Origin: Gemmatimonas sp.
Lineage (GTDB): Bacteria > Gemmatimonadota > Gemmatimonadetes > Gemmatimonadales > Gemmatimonadaceae
Direction of reading: 5' to 3'
DNA: 64,000 bases
Assembly (NCBI GenBank): GCA_965279375.1
Contig: OZ257156.1
Location: 4,736,001 to 4,800,000 of the forward strand
The notes below the pieces were generated by a model. The model saw nothing but the letters and a program-made list of their open reading frames with translations. It had not been told where the DNA came from and did no database searches. Made by a program: the position numbers and the translations under genes. Numbering within the stretch: position 1 is the first letter of the stretch; every line of letters starts with the position of its first letter. Positions 28,944-38,817 of the stretch are shown one piece after another.

Positions 28944-29942
28944 CTATGCGCGCGGGTGCGCCTGCCGATAGACCTTTTTGAGACGCTCCACGCTGGTGTG
29001 CGTGTAGATCTGCGTGGTGCTGATGCTGGCATGACCGAGCAATTCCTGCACAGCCCGCAGATCGGCACCGGCATCGACCATGTGCGTGGCAAACGTGTGT
29101 CGAATCGAGTGCGTCGTGAGCCCCGCGCCTTCGTCCACCGCCGACAAGAGTCCAACCACCGCGTGCTGAATCGCGCGCGGACTCATCCGACCGCCGCGTT
29201 CGCTCAGAAACACCGCACCTCGGGCCACGCGCCCCGCCTTCACGCCACCGAGCTTGCTGATCAGCGCGTCACGCTTGACCAGGTAGTTGCGCAGCGCGCG
29301 CTGCGCATGGTCGCCCAAGGGCACGATGCGCTCCTTGCGACCCTTACCACGCACCTTCACCTGCTGCGAGACGAGATCGAGATCCGGCAGATCCACGCCA
29401 CGTAGCTCGGAAAGGCGCAGCCCGCACGAGTAGAACAGCTCGAGCATGGCGAGATTGCGCACATCGGTGAACTCGCCCGAGTGCGAACGCGTGACGGCCA
29501 GCGCCATCAACGTCTCGGCCTGATGCTGATCGAGATACGTGGGCAGCGTACGCGACAACCGCGGCGAGCCCACCGCGCGCGCCGGATTCACATCCACGCG
29601 TTCATCGCGATGCATCCAGCGGTAGAAGCTCCGCACGGCGGACAGCGCACGCGCAATCGAGCGCTTGGCCAGCCCACGTCGTGTCAGATGCGCCATGTAG
29701 CCGCGAATGTCGGTGCGACCGAGCGCGTTCCAATCCCAGCCGGCGATGCCGCGCGTGGAGGCCAACCACGTGCTGAACTCACGCAGATCCCGACTGTACG
29801 CCGACACCGTGTTGGGCGACAGATCGCGCTCCTTCTCGAGGTGCACGAGGAACTCGGCGATCTCGACCGGCAGCGGCGTTGCCTCGGAGCTGGCAGCGTC
29901 ATTGGCGATCGTCTCCTCGCTCTCGTCCGGCGCGTCGCTCAT
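28944..29942 (-). CDS. xerC: Tyrosine recombinase XerC
   Basis: GLRLSE, GKGRKER, HSIRH, LLGH and TTQIY motifs; topA-trmFO-xerC-hslV context. Confidence 0.9.
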   Translation of the reverse strand: MSDAPDESEETIANDAASSEATPLPVEIAEFLVHLEKERDLSPNTVSAYSRDLREFSTWLASTRGIAGWDWNALGRTDIRGYMAHLTRRGLAKRSIARALSAVRSFYRWMHRDERVDVNPARAVGSPRLSRTLPTYLDQHQAETLMALAVTRSHSGEFTDVRNLAMLELFYSCGLRLSELRGVDLPDLDLVSQQVKVRGKGRKERIVPLGDHAQRALRNYLVKRDALISKLGGVKAGRVARGAVFLSERGGRMSPRAIQHAVVGLLSAVDEGAGLTTHSIRHTFATHMVDAGADLRAVQELLGHASISTTQIYTHTSVERLKKVYRQAHPRA

Positions 29943-29952
29943 GTGATCGATC

Positions 29953-31317
29953 CTAACGCGCGACTGCAGCGGGGACGATCGATGCCGCGTCGCGCCACGC
30001 GGTGAAGTTGGCCAGCGACCGACTCGCGTAGTGCCGACGCTTGCCGACCTTGTCGCGCATGACTTCACGCGACAGACCTTCCAACTCGTCGAGCAACCCG
30101 AAGTTGGCGTTCATCGGCTGGAAGTGGCGCGGATCGGCCTCGCGAAGGTAGCGATAGAGCGCGCCCAACATCGTCGTGGTGGGCGGCACCACCGGCTCCT
30201 CGCCGGCCAGCATGCGCGAGAGATTGATCCCCGCCATCAAGCCCGTTGCCGTGCTCTCGGTGTAGCCTTCCACGCCCGTGATCTGTCCGGCAAAGAGCGT
30301 CGTTGGCTCGTCGCGCAGCGACAGATGCGGCGTCAGCGTCGCCGGCGCATTGACGTACGAGTTGCGATGGATGGAGCCGAAGCGCAGGAACTCGGCGTCG
30401 GCCAAGCCAGGAATCATGCGAAAGACGCGCTGCTGCTCGGGGATGCGCAGTCGCGTCTGAAAGCCGACGAGATTCCACATGCGCCCCGCACGATCTTCCA
30501 TGCGCAGCTGTGCCACGGCCCACGGCTTGTTGCCCGTGCGCGGATCGCGCAACCCGATCGGCTTCATCGGCCCGAAGCGCAACGACTCGCGTCCGCGTTT
30601 GGCCGCTTCCTCCACGGGCATGCACCCTTCGAAGTACGGCACGGCATCGAACTCGTGCGCGGTGAACTGATCGGCCGTGGTCAGCGCATCGAGAAATGCT
30701 TCGTACTCGTCGCGCGTGAACGGGCAGTTGAGATAGGCGCCCTCCTCACCCGCCGACTCCATCGTCTCCTTGCCCCAGCGTGATGCGCGAAACGCAATGT
30801 CCGCATTCACTGACTCGATGGAGACGACCGGCGCGATCGCGTCATAGAAGGCCAGCGACTCCACGCCCAACTTCGCGCGAACCGATTCGGCGAGCGCGTC
30901 GGAGGTGAGCGGGCCGGTTGCAATGATGCCGGGCGATGGCATCTCACGCACTTCCTCCCGCACGACACTGATGCGCGGATGCGCGTGCACGCGATCGTGC
31001 ACGGCCTGCGAGAACAGCTCGCGGTCTACGGAGAGTGCCGTGCCACCTGGCACACGCGCGCTGTCGGCGCACTCGAGCACGAGTGAGCCAAGCAGACGCA
31101 TCTCGGCTTTGAGCAGGCCGTGCGCGCTGGTGGTTTCCGTGCTCTTGAAGGTGTTGGAGCAAACGAGTTCACCGAGTTTCTCGGTGCGATGCGCTGCAGT
31201 ACCTCGCACGCCACGCATCTCGTGCAACACCACCTGATGCCCACGCTCGGCTAACTGCCAAGCGGCCTCACTGCCGGCGAGCCCACCGCCGATGACATGT
31301 ATTTCGCTGGACGACAT
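29953..31317 (-). CDS. trmFO: Folate/FAD-dependent tRNA m5U54 methyltransferase
   Basis: IGGGLAGSEAA, ELVCSN, YFEGCMP, LVGFQTRL and QPMNANFG motifs. Confidence 0.97.
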   Translation of the reverse strand: MSSSEIHVIGGGLAGSEAAWQLAERGHQVVLHEMRGVRGTAAHRTEKLGELVCSNTFKSTETTSAHGLLKAEMRLLGSLVLECADSARVPGGTALSVDRELFSQAVHDRVHAHPRISVVREEVREMPSPGIIATGPLTSDALAESVRAKLGVESLAFYDAIAPVVSIESVNADIAFRASRWGKETMESAGEEGAYLNCPFTRDEYEAFLDALTTADQFTAHEFDAVPYFEGCMPVEEAAKRGRESLRFGPMKPIGLRDPRTGNKPWAVAQLRMEDRAGRMWNLVGFQTRLRIPEQQRVFRMIPGLADAEFLRFGSIHRNSYVNAPATLTPHLSLRDEPTTLFAGQITGVEGYTESTATGLMAGINLSRMLAGEEPVVPPTTTMLGALYRYLREADPRHFQPMNANFGLLDELEGLSREVMRDKVGKRRHYASRSLANFTAWRDAASIVPAAVAR

Positions 31318-31328
31318 GCCGTGAAATT

Positions 31329-31363
31329 AGCGGAGGGTAGCCGACGTTCGGCTACCCTCCGCT
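31329..31363. terminator. Perfect 16-bp hairpin between topA and trmFO
   Basis: AGCGGAGGGTAGCCGA-CGT-TCGGCTACCCTCCGCT, followed by AATTTC on the minus strand. Confidence 0.6.
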
Positions 31364-31369
31364 GACAGT

Positions 31370-33964
31370 TCACGCAACTTCCGCGACCTCTTCCACCTCG
31401 TCCGGCGTGGCGACATCCCACTCGTTGCCGCACTTGAGGCACTTTCGGTACTGGCCGCGCGTCTTGTTGCTCTTCATCTCCGCGCCCACGTAACCACACT
31501 CGGGGCACGTTTCGGCGACAGGCTTGTCCCACACCACGAAATCGCAGTTGGGATAGTTCTCGCAGCCGTAGAACGCCTTGCCACGCTTCTTGCTGCGACG
31601 CTCGGCGATCTCGCCACCATCCTTAGGGCAGAAGACGCCCGTGGGCATGGAGCGGGTGCCGCGGCACTTGGGGAAGGTGCTGCAGCCGAGGAAGTCGCCC
31701 GAACGGCCATGACGAATGACCATCGGCTTGCCACACTCCTGACACATGTACTTGGTCAGTTCGGCAGGCTTCTTGTCACCCTTGATGGGGCGCGTGTACT
31801 TGCACGCCTTGGGGTGATTCTCGCAGGCGATGAACGGCCCGAAGAACCCACCCTTGGCCACGAGCTTCCCGCCGTCGAGCGGGCAACGCTCGTTCGGGAG
31901 CGCCGACAGATCGTACGCCTCGCCGATGAGGAGGTCGAGGTCATCGTCGTTGAGCGTGCGCTGGAACGGCGTCCAGAAGTCACCCAGCGCCGTCTGCCAG
32001 TCGAGATCGCCGTCGGCAATCTTGTCGAGCTCTTCTTCCATCTGCGCGGTGAAGCCGACGTTGAACACGTCAGGAAACTTCTTCACCATGACTTTTTCGA
32101 CCGTCTCACCGAGTGGCGACGGGAAGAAGCGACGCTGCACGAGTTCGACGTAGCGACGATCGGCAAGCACGGAGATGATCGACGCGTACGTGGACGGACG
32201 ACCGATGCCCAAACGCTCGAGCTCCTTGACCAACGAGGCCTCGGAGAAGCGCGGCGGCGGCTCTGTGAAATGCTGCGTGGGCGTGATCGCCTTGACCGGC
32301 ACCTTCTCGTCCACGTCGAGCATCGGCAGCGCCTGCTCGTCTTCGAGCGCCTTGCTGTCGCCCTCTTCGCGCGCCTCGCGGTAGAGCGCGAGGAAGCCCT
32401 GGAACTTCACGACGGAGCCCGTCGAGCGGAACAGATACTGCCGCTCGCCGGCCTTCTGATCGAAGTCGACCGTCGTGGTATCGAACACGGCCGGCGCCAT
32501 CTGCGACGCCATGAAGCGCTGCCAGATGAGCTGATAGAGCTTGAACTGGTCGGCGGTCAGCTTGCGTTCGATGTTGGCCGGCAGGCGCGCAGGATCGGTC
32601 GGACGCACGCCTTCGTGCGCGTCCTGTGCGTTGGCCTTGCCGCTGGGGTAGAGCTGCGGTGTGGGTGCCAGGAACTCTTCACCGAACTGCTTGCGCAGCG
32701 TATCACGCGCCGCGAGCGCCGACACTTCGGAGACGCGCGGCGAGTCGGTACGCATGTACGTGATGAGACCGACCGTGCCGTCTTCGCCACCGATGTCCAC
32801 ACCTTCGTAGAGATCCTGCGCGAGACGCATCGTGCGCTTGGAACCGAAGCCCAACTTCTTGGCGGCTTCCTGCTGCAGCGTGGACGTGGTGAACGGCGCC
32901 GACGGATTCTTGCGACGCTCGCGACGCTTGACCTCGGTGACGATGAATTCCTTTCGCCCCTTGAGATCGGCCAGCATGCGTTCGGCTTCGAGCGCCGTCG
33001 GGATCTCCGGCTTCTTGCCGTCGACCTGATGCAGCTTGGCAGTGAACGCCTGCGCGCCCTTCTGCAGATCGGCGGCAATCGTCCAGTACTCCACGGGCGT
33101 GAACGCGCGAATCTCGCGCTCACGCTCCACGATGATGCGCAACGCGACGGTCTGAACACGACCGGCGGAGAGCCCCTTCTTGACCGTCTTCCAGAGTACA
33201 GGGCTGGCCTTGTAGCCGACCAAACGATCGAGCACACGACGGGCCTGCTGGGCCTCGACCTTGTGCACGTCGATGTCGAGCGGATTCGCGATGGACGCCT
33301 TCACGGCGTCCTTGGTGATTTCGTGGAACATCACGCGACGGATCGGCGCCGTGACGGCGTTCCGCTTGGGTTGCGTGAAGAACTGTTCCACGTGCCACCC
33401 GATCGCTTCACCTTCGCGGTCCGGGTCGGTTGCGATGAACACTTCGTTCGCGCCGCGCGCCAGTTTCTTCAGATCGGCGAGGATGTCTTCCTTCCCCTCG
33501 ATCGTGACGTAGTCGGGCGCGAAGCCGTGCTCGATGTCGATGCCCAGCTTCTTGGCGGGCAGATCGCGCACGTGGCCAACCGTGGCCCGCACTGTGTAGC
33601 CGCTGCCCAAGTACTTGCCGATGGTCTTGGCCTTGGCGGGCGACTCGACGATCACCAAAGACGTGCCGCTGGCCGTTGGCGGAGTATCGTCGTCGCCGCT
33701 GTCGAAGCTGGCCGCTGCGGCGCGTGACTTGGCGCGCGTGCTGGTGGCCTTCTTGGCTGCGGTCTTCTTGGCGGCCGACTTTTTCGCGGCGGTCTTGGCG
33801 ACGGTCTTCGTCGCCGTTTTGGACGCGCTACGCGCCGGCGCTTTGGCAGCGCTCTTGATCGGAGCCACGTCAGCGGAAACCGCTGTCTTGGCCGCTTTTT
33901 TCGCGGTGGCGCTGGACGAACCGGCGCGCTTCGCGGGGACCTTCGTCGCCTTCTTGATTGGCAT
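31370..33964 (-). CDS. topA: DNA topoisomerase I with Lys/Ala-rich N-terminal extension and C-terminal zinc ribbons
   Basis: LVIVESPAKA, ATDPDREGE, SAGRVQ, ITYMRTDS, GIGRPSTY and multiple Cys ribbons. Confidence 0.97.
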   Translation of the reverse strand: MPIKKATKVPAKRAGSSSATAKKAAKTAVSADVAPIKSAAKAPARSASKTATKTVAKTAAKKSAAKKTAAKKATSTRAKSRAAAASFDSGDDDTPPTASGTSLVIVESPAKAKTIGKYLGSGYTVRATVGHVRDLPAKKLGIDIEHGFAPDYVTIEGKEDILADLKKLARGANEVFIATDPDREGEAIGWHVEQFFTQPKRNAVTAPIRRVMFHEITKDAVKASIANPLDIDVHKVEAQQARRVLDRLVGYKASPVLWKTVKKGLSAGRVQTVALRIIVEREREIRAFTPVEYWTIAADLQKGAQAFTAKLHQVDGKKPEIPTALEAERMLADLKGRKEFIVTEVKRRERRKNPSAPFTTSTLQQEAAKKLGFGSKRTMRLAQDLYEGVDIGGEDGTVGLITYMRTDSPRVSEVSALAARDTLRKQFGEEFLAPTPQLYPSGKANAQDAHEGVRPTDPARLPANIERKLTADQFKLYQLIWQRFMASQMAPAVFDTTTVDFDQKAGERQYLFRSTGSVVKFQGFLALYREAREEGDSKALEDEQALPMLDVDEKVPVKAITPTQHFTEPPPRFSEASLVKELERLGIGRPSTYASIISVLADRRYVELVQRRFFPSPLGETVEKVMVKKFPDVFNVGFTAQMEEELDKIADGDLDWQTALGDFWTPFQRTLNDDDLDLLIGEAYDLSALPNERCPLDGGKLVAKGGFFGPFIACENHPKACKYTRPIKGDKKPAELTKYMCQECGKPMVIRHGRSGDFLGCSTFPKCRGTRSMPTGVFCPKDGGEIAERRSKKRGKAFYGCENYPNCDFVVWDKPVAETCPECGYVGAEMKSNKTRGQYRKCLKCGNEWDVATPDEVEEVAEVA

Positions 33965-33968
33965 CAGC

Positions 33969-34397
33969 TCAGTGTACCTGGGAGCGATCGCTGGCACTGG
34001 TGGGGTCGTCGAATCCGCCGTCTTCCGCAATCGCGCGGATTTCGGCCAAACCGATCCGACCTTCCACATGCACCAGCGCCCGCTCGACCAACTGCTCGAA
34101 ATCGTTGAGGCTCACCGCGCCGGATCCCCCTAGCATGACCAGGTACCCCCAGGCCTCGGCAGTGAACCTGCCGCGCTCGTGCGGCCCCTGCACTCGCAGG
34201 GGTGCCTCGCGCGAAATCAGTGCACCGTCCCACATCGGAGCGGGTGCAGTATCGCTATAAAGAAGTGAAAGAATCTCACCAATCTGTCGCCGGTCGTACC
34301 CCTGCGACGACAGATAGGCTTCGACCTCCACGACATCGGTATCGGCAGCGAACCGTTCGCGCAGATCCTCAATCAGCGGTGTCCAGCGATCGTCCAT
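33969..34397 (-). CDS. smg: Smg/DUF494-family protein
   Basis: Directly upstream of topA; LRVQGPHERGRF..FEQLVERAL pattern and C-terminal VH. Confidence 0.7.
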   Translation of the reverse strand: MDDRWTPLIEDLRERFAADTDVVEVEAYLSSQGYDRRQIGEILSLLYSDTAPAPMWDGALISREAPLRVQGPHERGRFTAEAWGYLVMLGGSGAVSLNDFEQLVERALVHVEGRIGLAEIRAIAEDGGFDDPTSASDRSQVH

Positions 34398-34400
34398 TTC

Positions 34401-34952
34401 CTAACCTAGCCTCCGGGTCAAGTCGTGGGCAAGCGCAACGATGAGATCGATAACTCGTTGTGAATCATTAACTTCCGCATCTATCTCCAGATCAGCCTCC
34501 GCGTACAGGTGAGCGCGACGGGCCCAAAGTGCATCAAGCGCCGCGGCGGGATCGGGGCCGCTGAGGAGCGGTCGGGGCACTCGCGAACGGCTGAGTCGGC
34601 GCAGTGCTTCCGACGGCGAAATTCGCAGATGGACGAGACGTCCGGGCGGACGCAACAGCCCTACGACACCCTCGTTGGTGATCCATCCGCCCCCCGGTGC
34701 CATCACCATCGGTGAAGAGGACGCAAAGTCTTTTGTTACAGCGACTTCCATCTTCCTGAATGCCGCTTCGCCCAGCTCCGCGAAGAGCCGACTCACGGTC
34801 ATGCCGGTGCGACGCTCGATCTCCTCATCGAAGTCCAGTAGCGGACGCTTGAGCTGCTTGGCAAGCGCCCGCCCAACGGTGGACTTTCCCGAACCTGGAA
34901 GGCCAACCAAGATGATATGACCATGGATCTGGCCGCCCACCGACTGGGTCAC
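34401..34952 (-). CDS. aroK: Shikimate kinase
   Basis: GLPGSGKSTVG, DFDEEIE, GEAAFR and GGG motifs. Confidence 0.93.
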   Translation of the reverse strand: MTQSVGGQIHGHIILVGLPGSGKSTVGRALAKQLKRPLLDFDEEIERRTGMTVSRLFAELGEAAFRKMEVAVTKDFASSSPMVMAPGGGWITNEGVVGLLRPPGRLVHLRISPSEALRRLSRSRVPRPLLSGPDPAAALDALWARRAHLYAEADLEIDAEVNDSQRVIDLIVALAHDLTRRLG

Positions 34953-36139
34953 CCCAGCCGCTCGTCGAGGTGCGCGAGATAGCCGTCGAGGTTGCGGCGG
35001 ATCTCGCCCAACGAGTCCCCGCCAAACTTCTCGAGCAGCGCGTCCGCCAACACGAAGGCGGCCATGGCTTCCGCGATCACGCCCATCGCCGGTACCGCGG
35101 TGACGTCGGAACGTTCGGCGACGGCCGCCGCGGCCTGTCCCGTGGCCATGTCCACCGTACCGAGCGGCCGCATCAGCGTGGAAATCGGCTTCATCGCAAC
35201 TCGCACGACGAGCGGCTCACCGGTGGTCATTCCACCTTCGGTACCGCCGGCGCGATTGGTACGCCGTTTCACGTGCCCCGCGCGCGTGCGTCCCGGTGCG
35301 GCATCGATTTCATCGTGGACATCGGCGCCGGTCCTCCGCGCCGTCTCGAAACCCAGCCCGATTTCCACGCCCTTCACGGCTGGAATGGAGAGCATTGCCT
35401 GGCCCAGACGTCCATCGAGACGGCGATCCCAGGAGACGTGCGAGCCGAGTCCGACGGGGAGACCTGTCACCACGACTTCGCAGATGCCACCGAGGGTGTT
35501 GCCCGAACGCTTGGCGGCATCGATGGCTTCGATCATTCGCGCTTCGGCGGCGGGATCGAGGGTGCGGAGCTGCGACGCATCGGAGGCCGCGTTGAGATTT
35601 GCGGGCAGCTCGTCAGGGCGCGCCGCATCGATACCGCCCAGATGTACGAGGTGCGACCCCACTTCCACCCCCACCTCCTTCAGCAGCACTCGACAGACAG
35701 CACCCGCCGCGACGCGTGCGGTGGTCTCGCGAGCGGACGCGCGTTCCAGAATATCGCGTGCGTCGATGCGGTCGTACTTGAGGATGCCCGTGAGATCTGC
35801 GTGGCCGGGGCGAACGCGCGTGACGCTGCGCTTGCGCGGGCCATCCGCGTCTTCGGCGCGAGGCGCGGGGTCCATGATCTCGACCCAGTTTTTCCAGTCG
35901 CTGTTGCGAATGAGCATGGCCAGCGGAGAGCCAAGCGTCTCGCCGGCACGCACGCCGGAAAGGAATTCGATGCGGTCGGTCTCGATCTGCATGCGACGTC
36001 CGCGTCCATAGCCCTGCTGGCGCCGCGCGAGATCGGTGTCCACGTCGGCGGCGAGGAGCGGCACGCCCGCGGGCATTCCCTCGAGAATGGAGACGAGCGC
36101 GGGTCCGTGGGACTCACCGGCGGTGGTGAAGCGAAGCAT
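34949..36139 (-). CDS. aroC: Chorismate synthase
   Basis: TTAGESHG, RPGHAD, ERASARET, MKPISTL and ERSD motifs. Confidence 0.97.
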   Translation of the reverse strand: MLRFTTAGESHGPALVSILEGMPAGVPLLAADVDTDLARRQQGYGRGRRMQIETDRIEFLSGVRAGETLGSPLAMLIRNSDWKNWVEIMDPAPRAEDADGPRKRSVTRVRPGHADLTGILKYDRIDARDILERASARETTARVAAGAVCRVLLKEVGVEVGSHLVHLGGIDAARPDELPANLNAASDASQLRTLDPAAEARMIEAIDAAKRSGNTLGGICEVVVTGLPVGLGSHVSWDRRLDGRLGQAMLSIPAVKGVEIGLGFETARRTGADVHDEIDAAPGRTRAGHVKRRTNRAGGTEGGMTTGEPLVVRVAMKPISTLMRPLGTVDMATGQAAAAVAERSDVTAVPAMGVIAEAMAAFVLADALLEKFGGDSLGEIRRNLDGYLAHLDERLG

Positions 36140-36281
36140 GCGATGCCCGAAGTCGAGACGTGGAGCGCTCACCGGCGGCAAGTCGTGTGGCGAACGCGCT
36201 GTTCGCAACGTAGACAGCGATTGGCCGAAACGCACGGGTGGTGCGTCGCGGCGGTGGCCCGTCTTTGAAGGGAACGCAACG

Positions 36282-36319
36282 ACAAGGCGCCGCGTCCCGA
36301 GTGGGGCGCGGCGCCTTGT
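36282..36319. terminator. 17-bp hairpin downstream of the pil operon
   Basis: ACAAGGCGCCGCGTCCC-GAGT-GGGGCGCGGCGCCTTGT (one non-Watson-Crick pair). Confidence 0.55.
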
Positions 36320-36382
36320 GGATGCCGAGTGTCGTGCAGCGGGTTGTGAGAGCGCGCCTGCGATCGGCGCGCTCGTTGTGGA

Positions 36383-38797
36383 TCAGCCGCAGTTCGTGGT
36401 GAAGTTGTCTGGCAGCGCGACCATCGTGACGCCGCGCTTGGTGGCGCCGATGAGCACGATCTGTCCGTTCGGGCGGATCGAGGCGCGCACCGGTCCGACG
36501 ATTGGATCGCGGATCGGGACCGTGGCGATCTTGCGGTAGCAGTAGGTATCGAAGATGTCGATCACGGCTTCGCTGGAGGCGACGAACGCCAGACGCGTCT
36601 TGAGCGGGGTCGAATTCATGCCCGTGTTGAGCGGGTGGAAATCGAGACCGCCGCCGCTGGAGCGTGACTGCAGGATGCCTTGCAACCGGAGCGACTTGTC
36701 GAGGATGTACGTGCTGTCGCCCTTAATCGCGCCGAGCTCACCGTCGAAGTTGATACCGACGCCCTGGACGCGAGCGAAGGTGTTCGCGATGAAGTCGCTG
36801 ACGTCCATCGGACGCGAGATACCGAGGTCGATCACGGGCAGCGGCGGATACAGATCGAAGCCCGTGGTTGCGTCATAGCCCATCGCTCGACTGCCGAGCA
36901 CCGGTCCGCCTTCACCGAGGATCGCGCGTCGGAAGTTGCCCGAGTTGCGAACGTAGGTGGTGTCGCGGAAGGCGAGTTCCGGGAGTCGGACGACAACCGA
37001 GTAGTTGAACCTCGTGCCATCGAGCGCAGTGATCGTCTGCTTGGCCGGGAGGAGCACGGAGTCACTGCCGAAGCCCTGCGCGGCGAAGCGCACGATTTCG
37101 AGCGTGTCTGCGCGTCCAGCGGTCTGTCCGATTGCCTGTTCGAAGAAGAAGTGCGAGGTGCGCTTCGTCAGGTTCTCCCAGCGGATCGTGCCCTGGTTGG
37201 GGAACGGCACCGACTGTCCGGGCGTGGGCGTTGTCGAGTAGACGAGCACCACGTCTTCGCACGGCGCGTTCAATGCGAGTCCGCCGGTGCAGGTAGTCGC
37301 GATGTACTGCGGGCGATCGCTGAAGTCGTATACCGTGCGCTGCGTGATCGGAAGGTCGGTGGTGGCCGACTTCACGGTGGTCACGCTGTATGCGAGGATG
37401 TTGGGCAGTGCATAGCGGAAGACTTCGCGCCCGGTGGTACCGGACTTGAGGTCGACGTAGCTGATGTTCGTACCGCCCGAGTTGGCGATGAGCAGCGTGT
37501 CACCCATGACGCCATCGCGATTGCGCGGCCACGGGCTGATGCCCCATGGGCGCGACCCGACGATGATCGGCGACTTGAACGAGGAGTCGGCCAGGTTGAA
37601 GACCTCAACCTGATTGCGCTCGATGTTCGTGAGGTAGAGCCGATCGTTGCGCGGGAAGTACATCGCGTCGGCGATCGTACCGCCGGCGGGCAGCGGATTG
37701 GTGAAGCCTGCGACGACTGACGCGGAGTCGAGCTTGATGGCGCCCGAGGTGTAGCGAGCGACGTCGCGACGACCGTTGGCGTTTCGTGCAAATCCGGCGA
37801 CGGTGACTTGCGTCGGGAAGACCGTGACGGGTAGTCGTGTCTTGAAGGTGCGAACCAAGGTGGAGAAGCTACCGGCCGAGGTACTGGAGTCGGCGACAAG
37901 GAGCTGTCCGCTGAGGGAGCGCACTTCGTATCCCAGGACCGTGACGCCGACTGGATCGGTGGCTTCGACGAAGATGGTGTCGCTGATTTCAAGGCGATCC
38001 ATGACGCCCGTCTTGACCACCGGGACCGTGTTAGCCGTGGTGGGGCTGAGCACGGCGTAGCTCACCGGCGTACCGAGCACACGCTGATTGAGCGAGTCGA
38101 CGATGAACGGCGTGACCGTGATGGCCTGTCCCTTGACCGTGTCCGGCACGACGAGCGTGTCGAGCATGGCGACCGAGTCCTTGAGCGGCGCACCGAGGAG
38201 TGCAGAGTCCTTGGTGACGTAGGCGCCGGTGATGGAGTAGCCGAGCGTGCGCACCTTGTAGCGGGCTTTCGCGGAGAGCGAGAGCACCAAGGACTTGCCG
38301 CTGACGACTGGAGAGCCGGCGCTGGGGCTGGTGATGACCACCGCAGGCGGTTCGAGATTGCCGACCGTGAGAACCAGACGAGCGGTGTCGGAGACGTTGC
38401 CGGCGCCGTCGATGACGATGGAGCGGACGTTGACCGTGGATCCGAGCGGCGCGGACGTCGGGACGCGGAACTTGAGCGCGACGTCCAGCGACTGGATGGC
38501 CGTGGTAATGGTCGTGTCGTACTGCGAGGTGACGCTGCCGCTCAGGAAGACGCGGAGTGTCTTGAGTCCGACGTTGTCCGTGGCGTTGACACGCATGGCG
38601 AGCAGCGTGTCGCTGAGGTCGGAGCTTTTGGAGACGACGACGCGCGGTGCGATGCCGTCGCGGAACGGCGGATCGATGACTTCATCGCCCGAGCAGGCCG
38701 CGGCCGTGGCGAGCGCGCCGAGGGCGAGCAGCGTCCGCGTGCGGGCGAGGAGTGATCGCCGCCGCATCGCTGCGGGGAGGTGAGTTGTCGCGTGCAT
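36383..38797 (-). CDS. Large lipoprotein with Ig-like beta-sandwich repeats and a beta-propeller-like region
   Basis: Lipobox AAA-C, ATDNVG/ATDPVG Ig-like motifs, and YVTN-like VGSRPWGIS..LLIANSGGTNISYVDL; starts 20 nt after pilQ. Confidence 0.75.
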   Translation of the reverse strand: MHATTHLPAAMRRRSLLARTRTLLALGALATAAACSGDEVIDPPFRDGIAPRVVVSKSSDLSDTLLAMRVNATDNVGLKTLRVFLSGSVTSQYDTTITTAIQSLDVALKFRVPTSAPLGSTVNVRSIVIDGAGNVSDTARLVLTVGNLEPPAVVITSPSAGSPVVSGKSLVLSLSAKARYKVRTLGYSITGAYVTKDSALLGAPLKDSVAMLDTLVVPDTVKGQAITVTPFIVDSLNQRVLGTPVSYAVLSPTTANTVPVVKTGVMDRLEISDTIFVEATDPVGVTVLGYEVRSLSGQLLVADSSTSAGSFSTLVRTFKTRLPVTVFPTQVTVAGFARNANGRRDVARYTSGAIKLDSASVVAGFTNPLPAGGTIADAMYFPRNDRLYLTNIERNQVEVFNLADSSFKSPIIVGSRPWGISPWPRNRDGVMGDTLLIANSGGTNISYVDLKSGTTGREVFRYALPNILAYSVTTVKSATTDLPITQRTVYDFSDRPQYIATTCTGGLALNAPCEDVVLVYSTTPTPGQSVPFPNQGTIRWENLTKRTSHFFFEQAIGQTAGRADTLEIVRFAAQGFGSDSVLLPAKQTITALDGTRFNYSVVVRLPELAFRDTTYVRNSGNFRRAILGEGGPVLGSRAMGYDATTGFDLYPPLPVIDLGISRPMDVSDFIANTFARVQGVGINFDGELGAIKGDSTYILDKSLRLQGILQSRSSGGGLDFHPLNTGMNSTPLKTRLAFVASSEAVIDIFDTYCYRKIATVPIRDPIVGPVRASIRPNGQIVLIGATKRGVTMVALPDNFTTNCG

Positions 38798-38817
38798 GAG
38801 TCAGATTCCCCGTGGCG

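Noticed and set aside
28944..29942. Phage or island integrase
   Set aside because: Housekeeping topA-trmFO-xerC-hslV context, host-like composition and no att sites or cargo seen.
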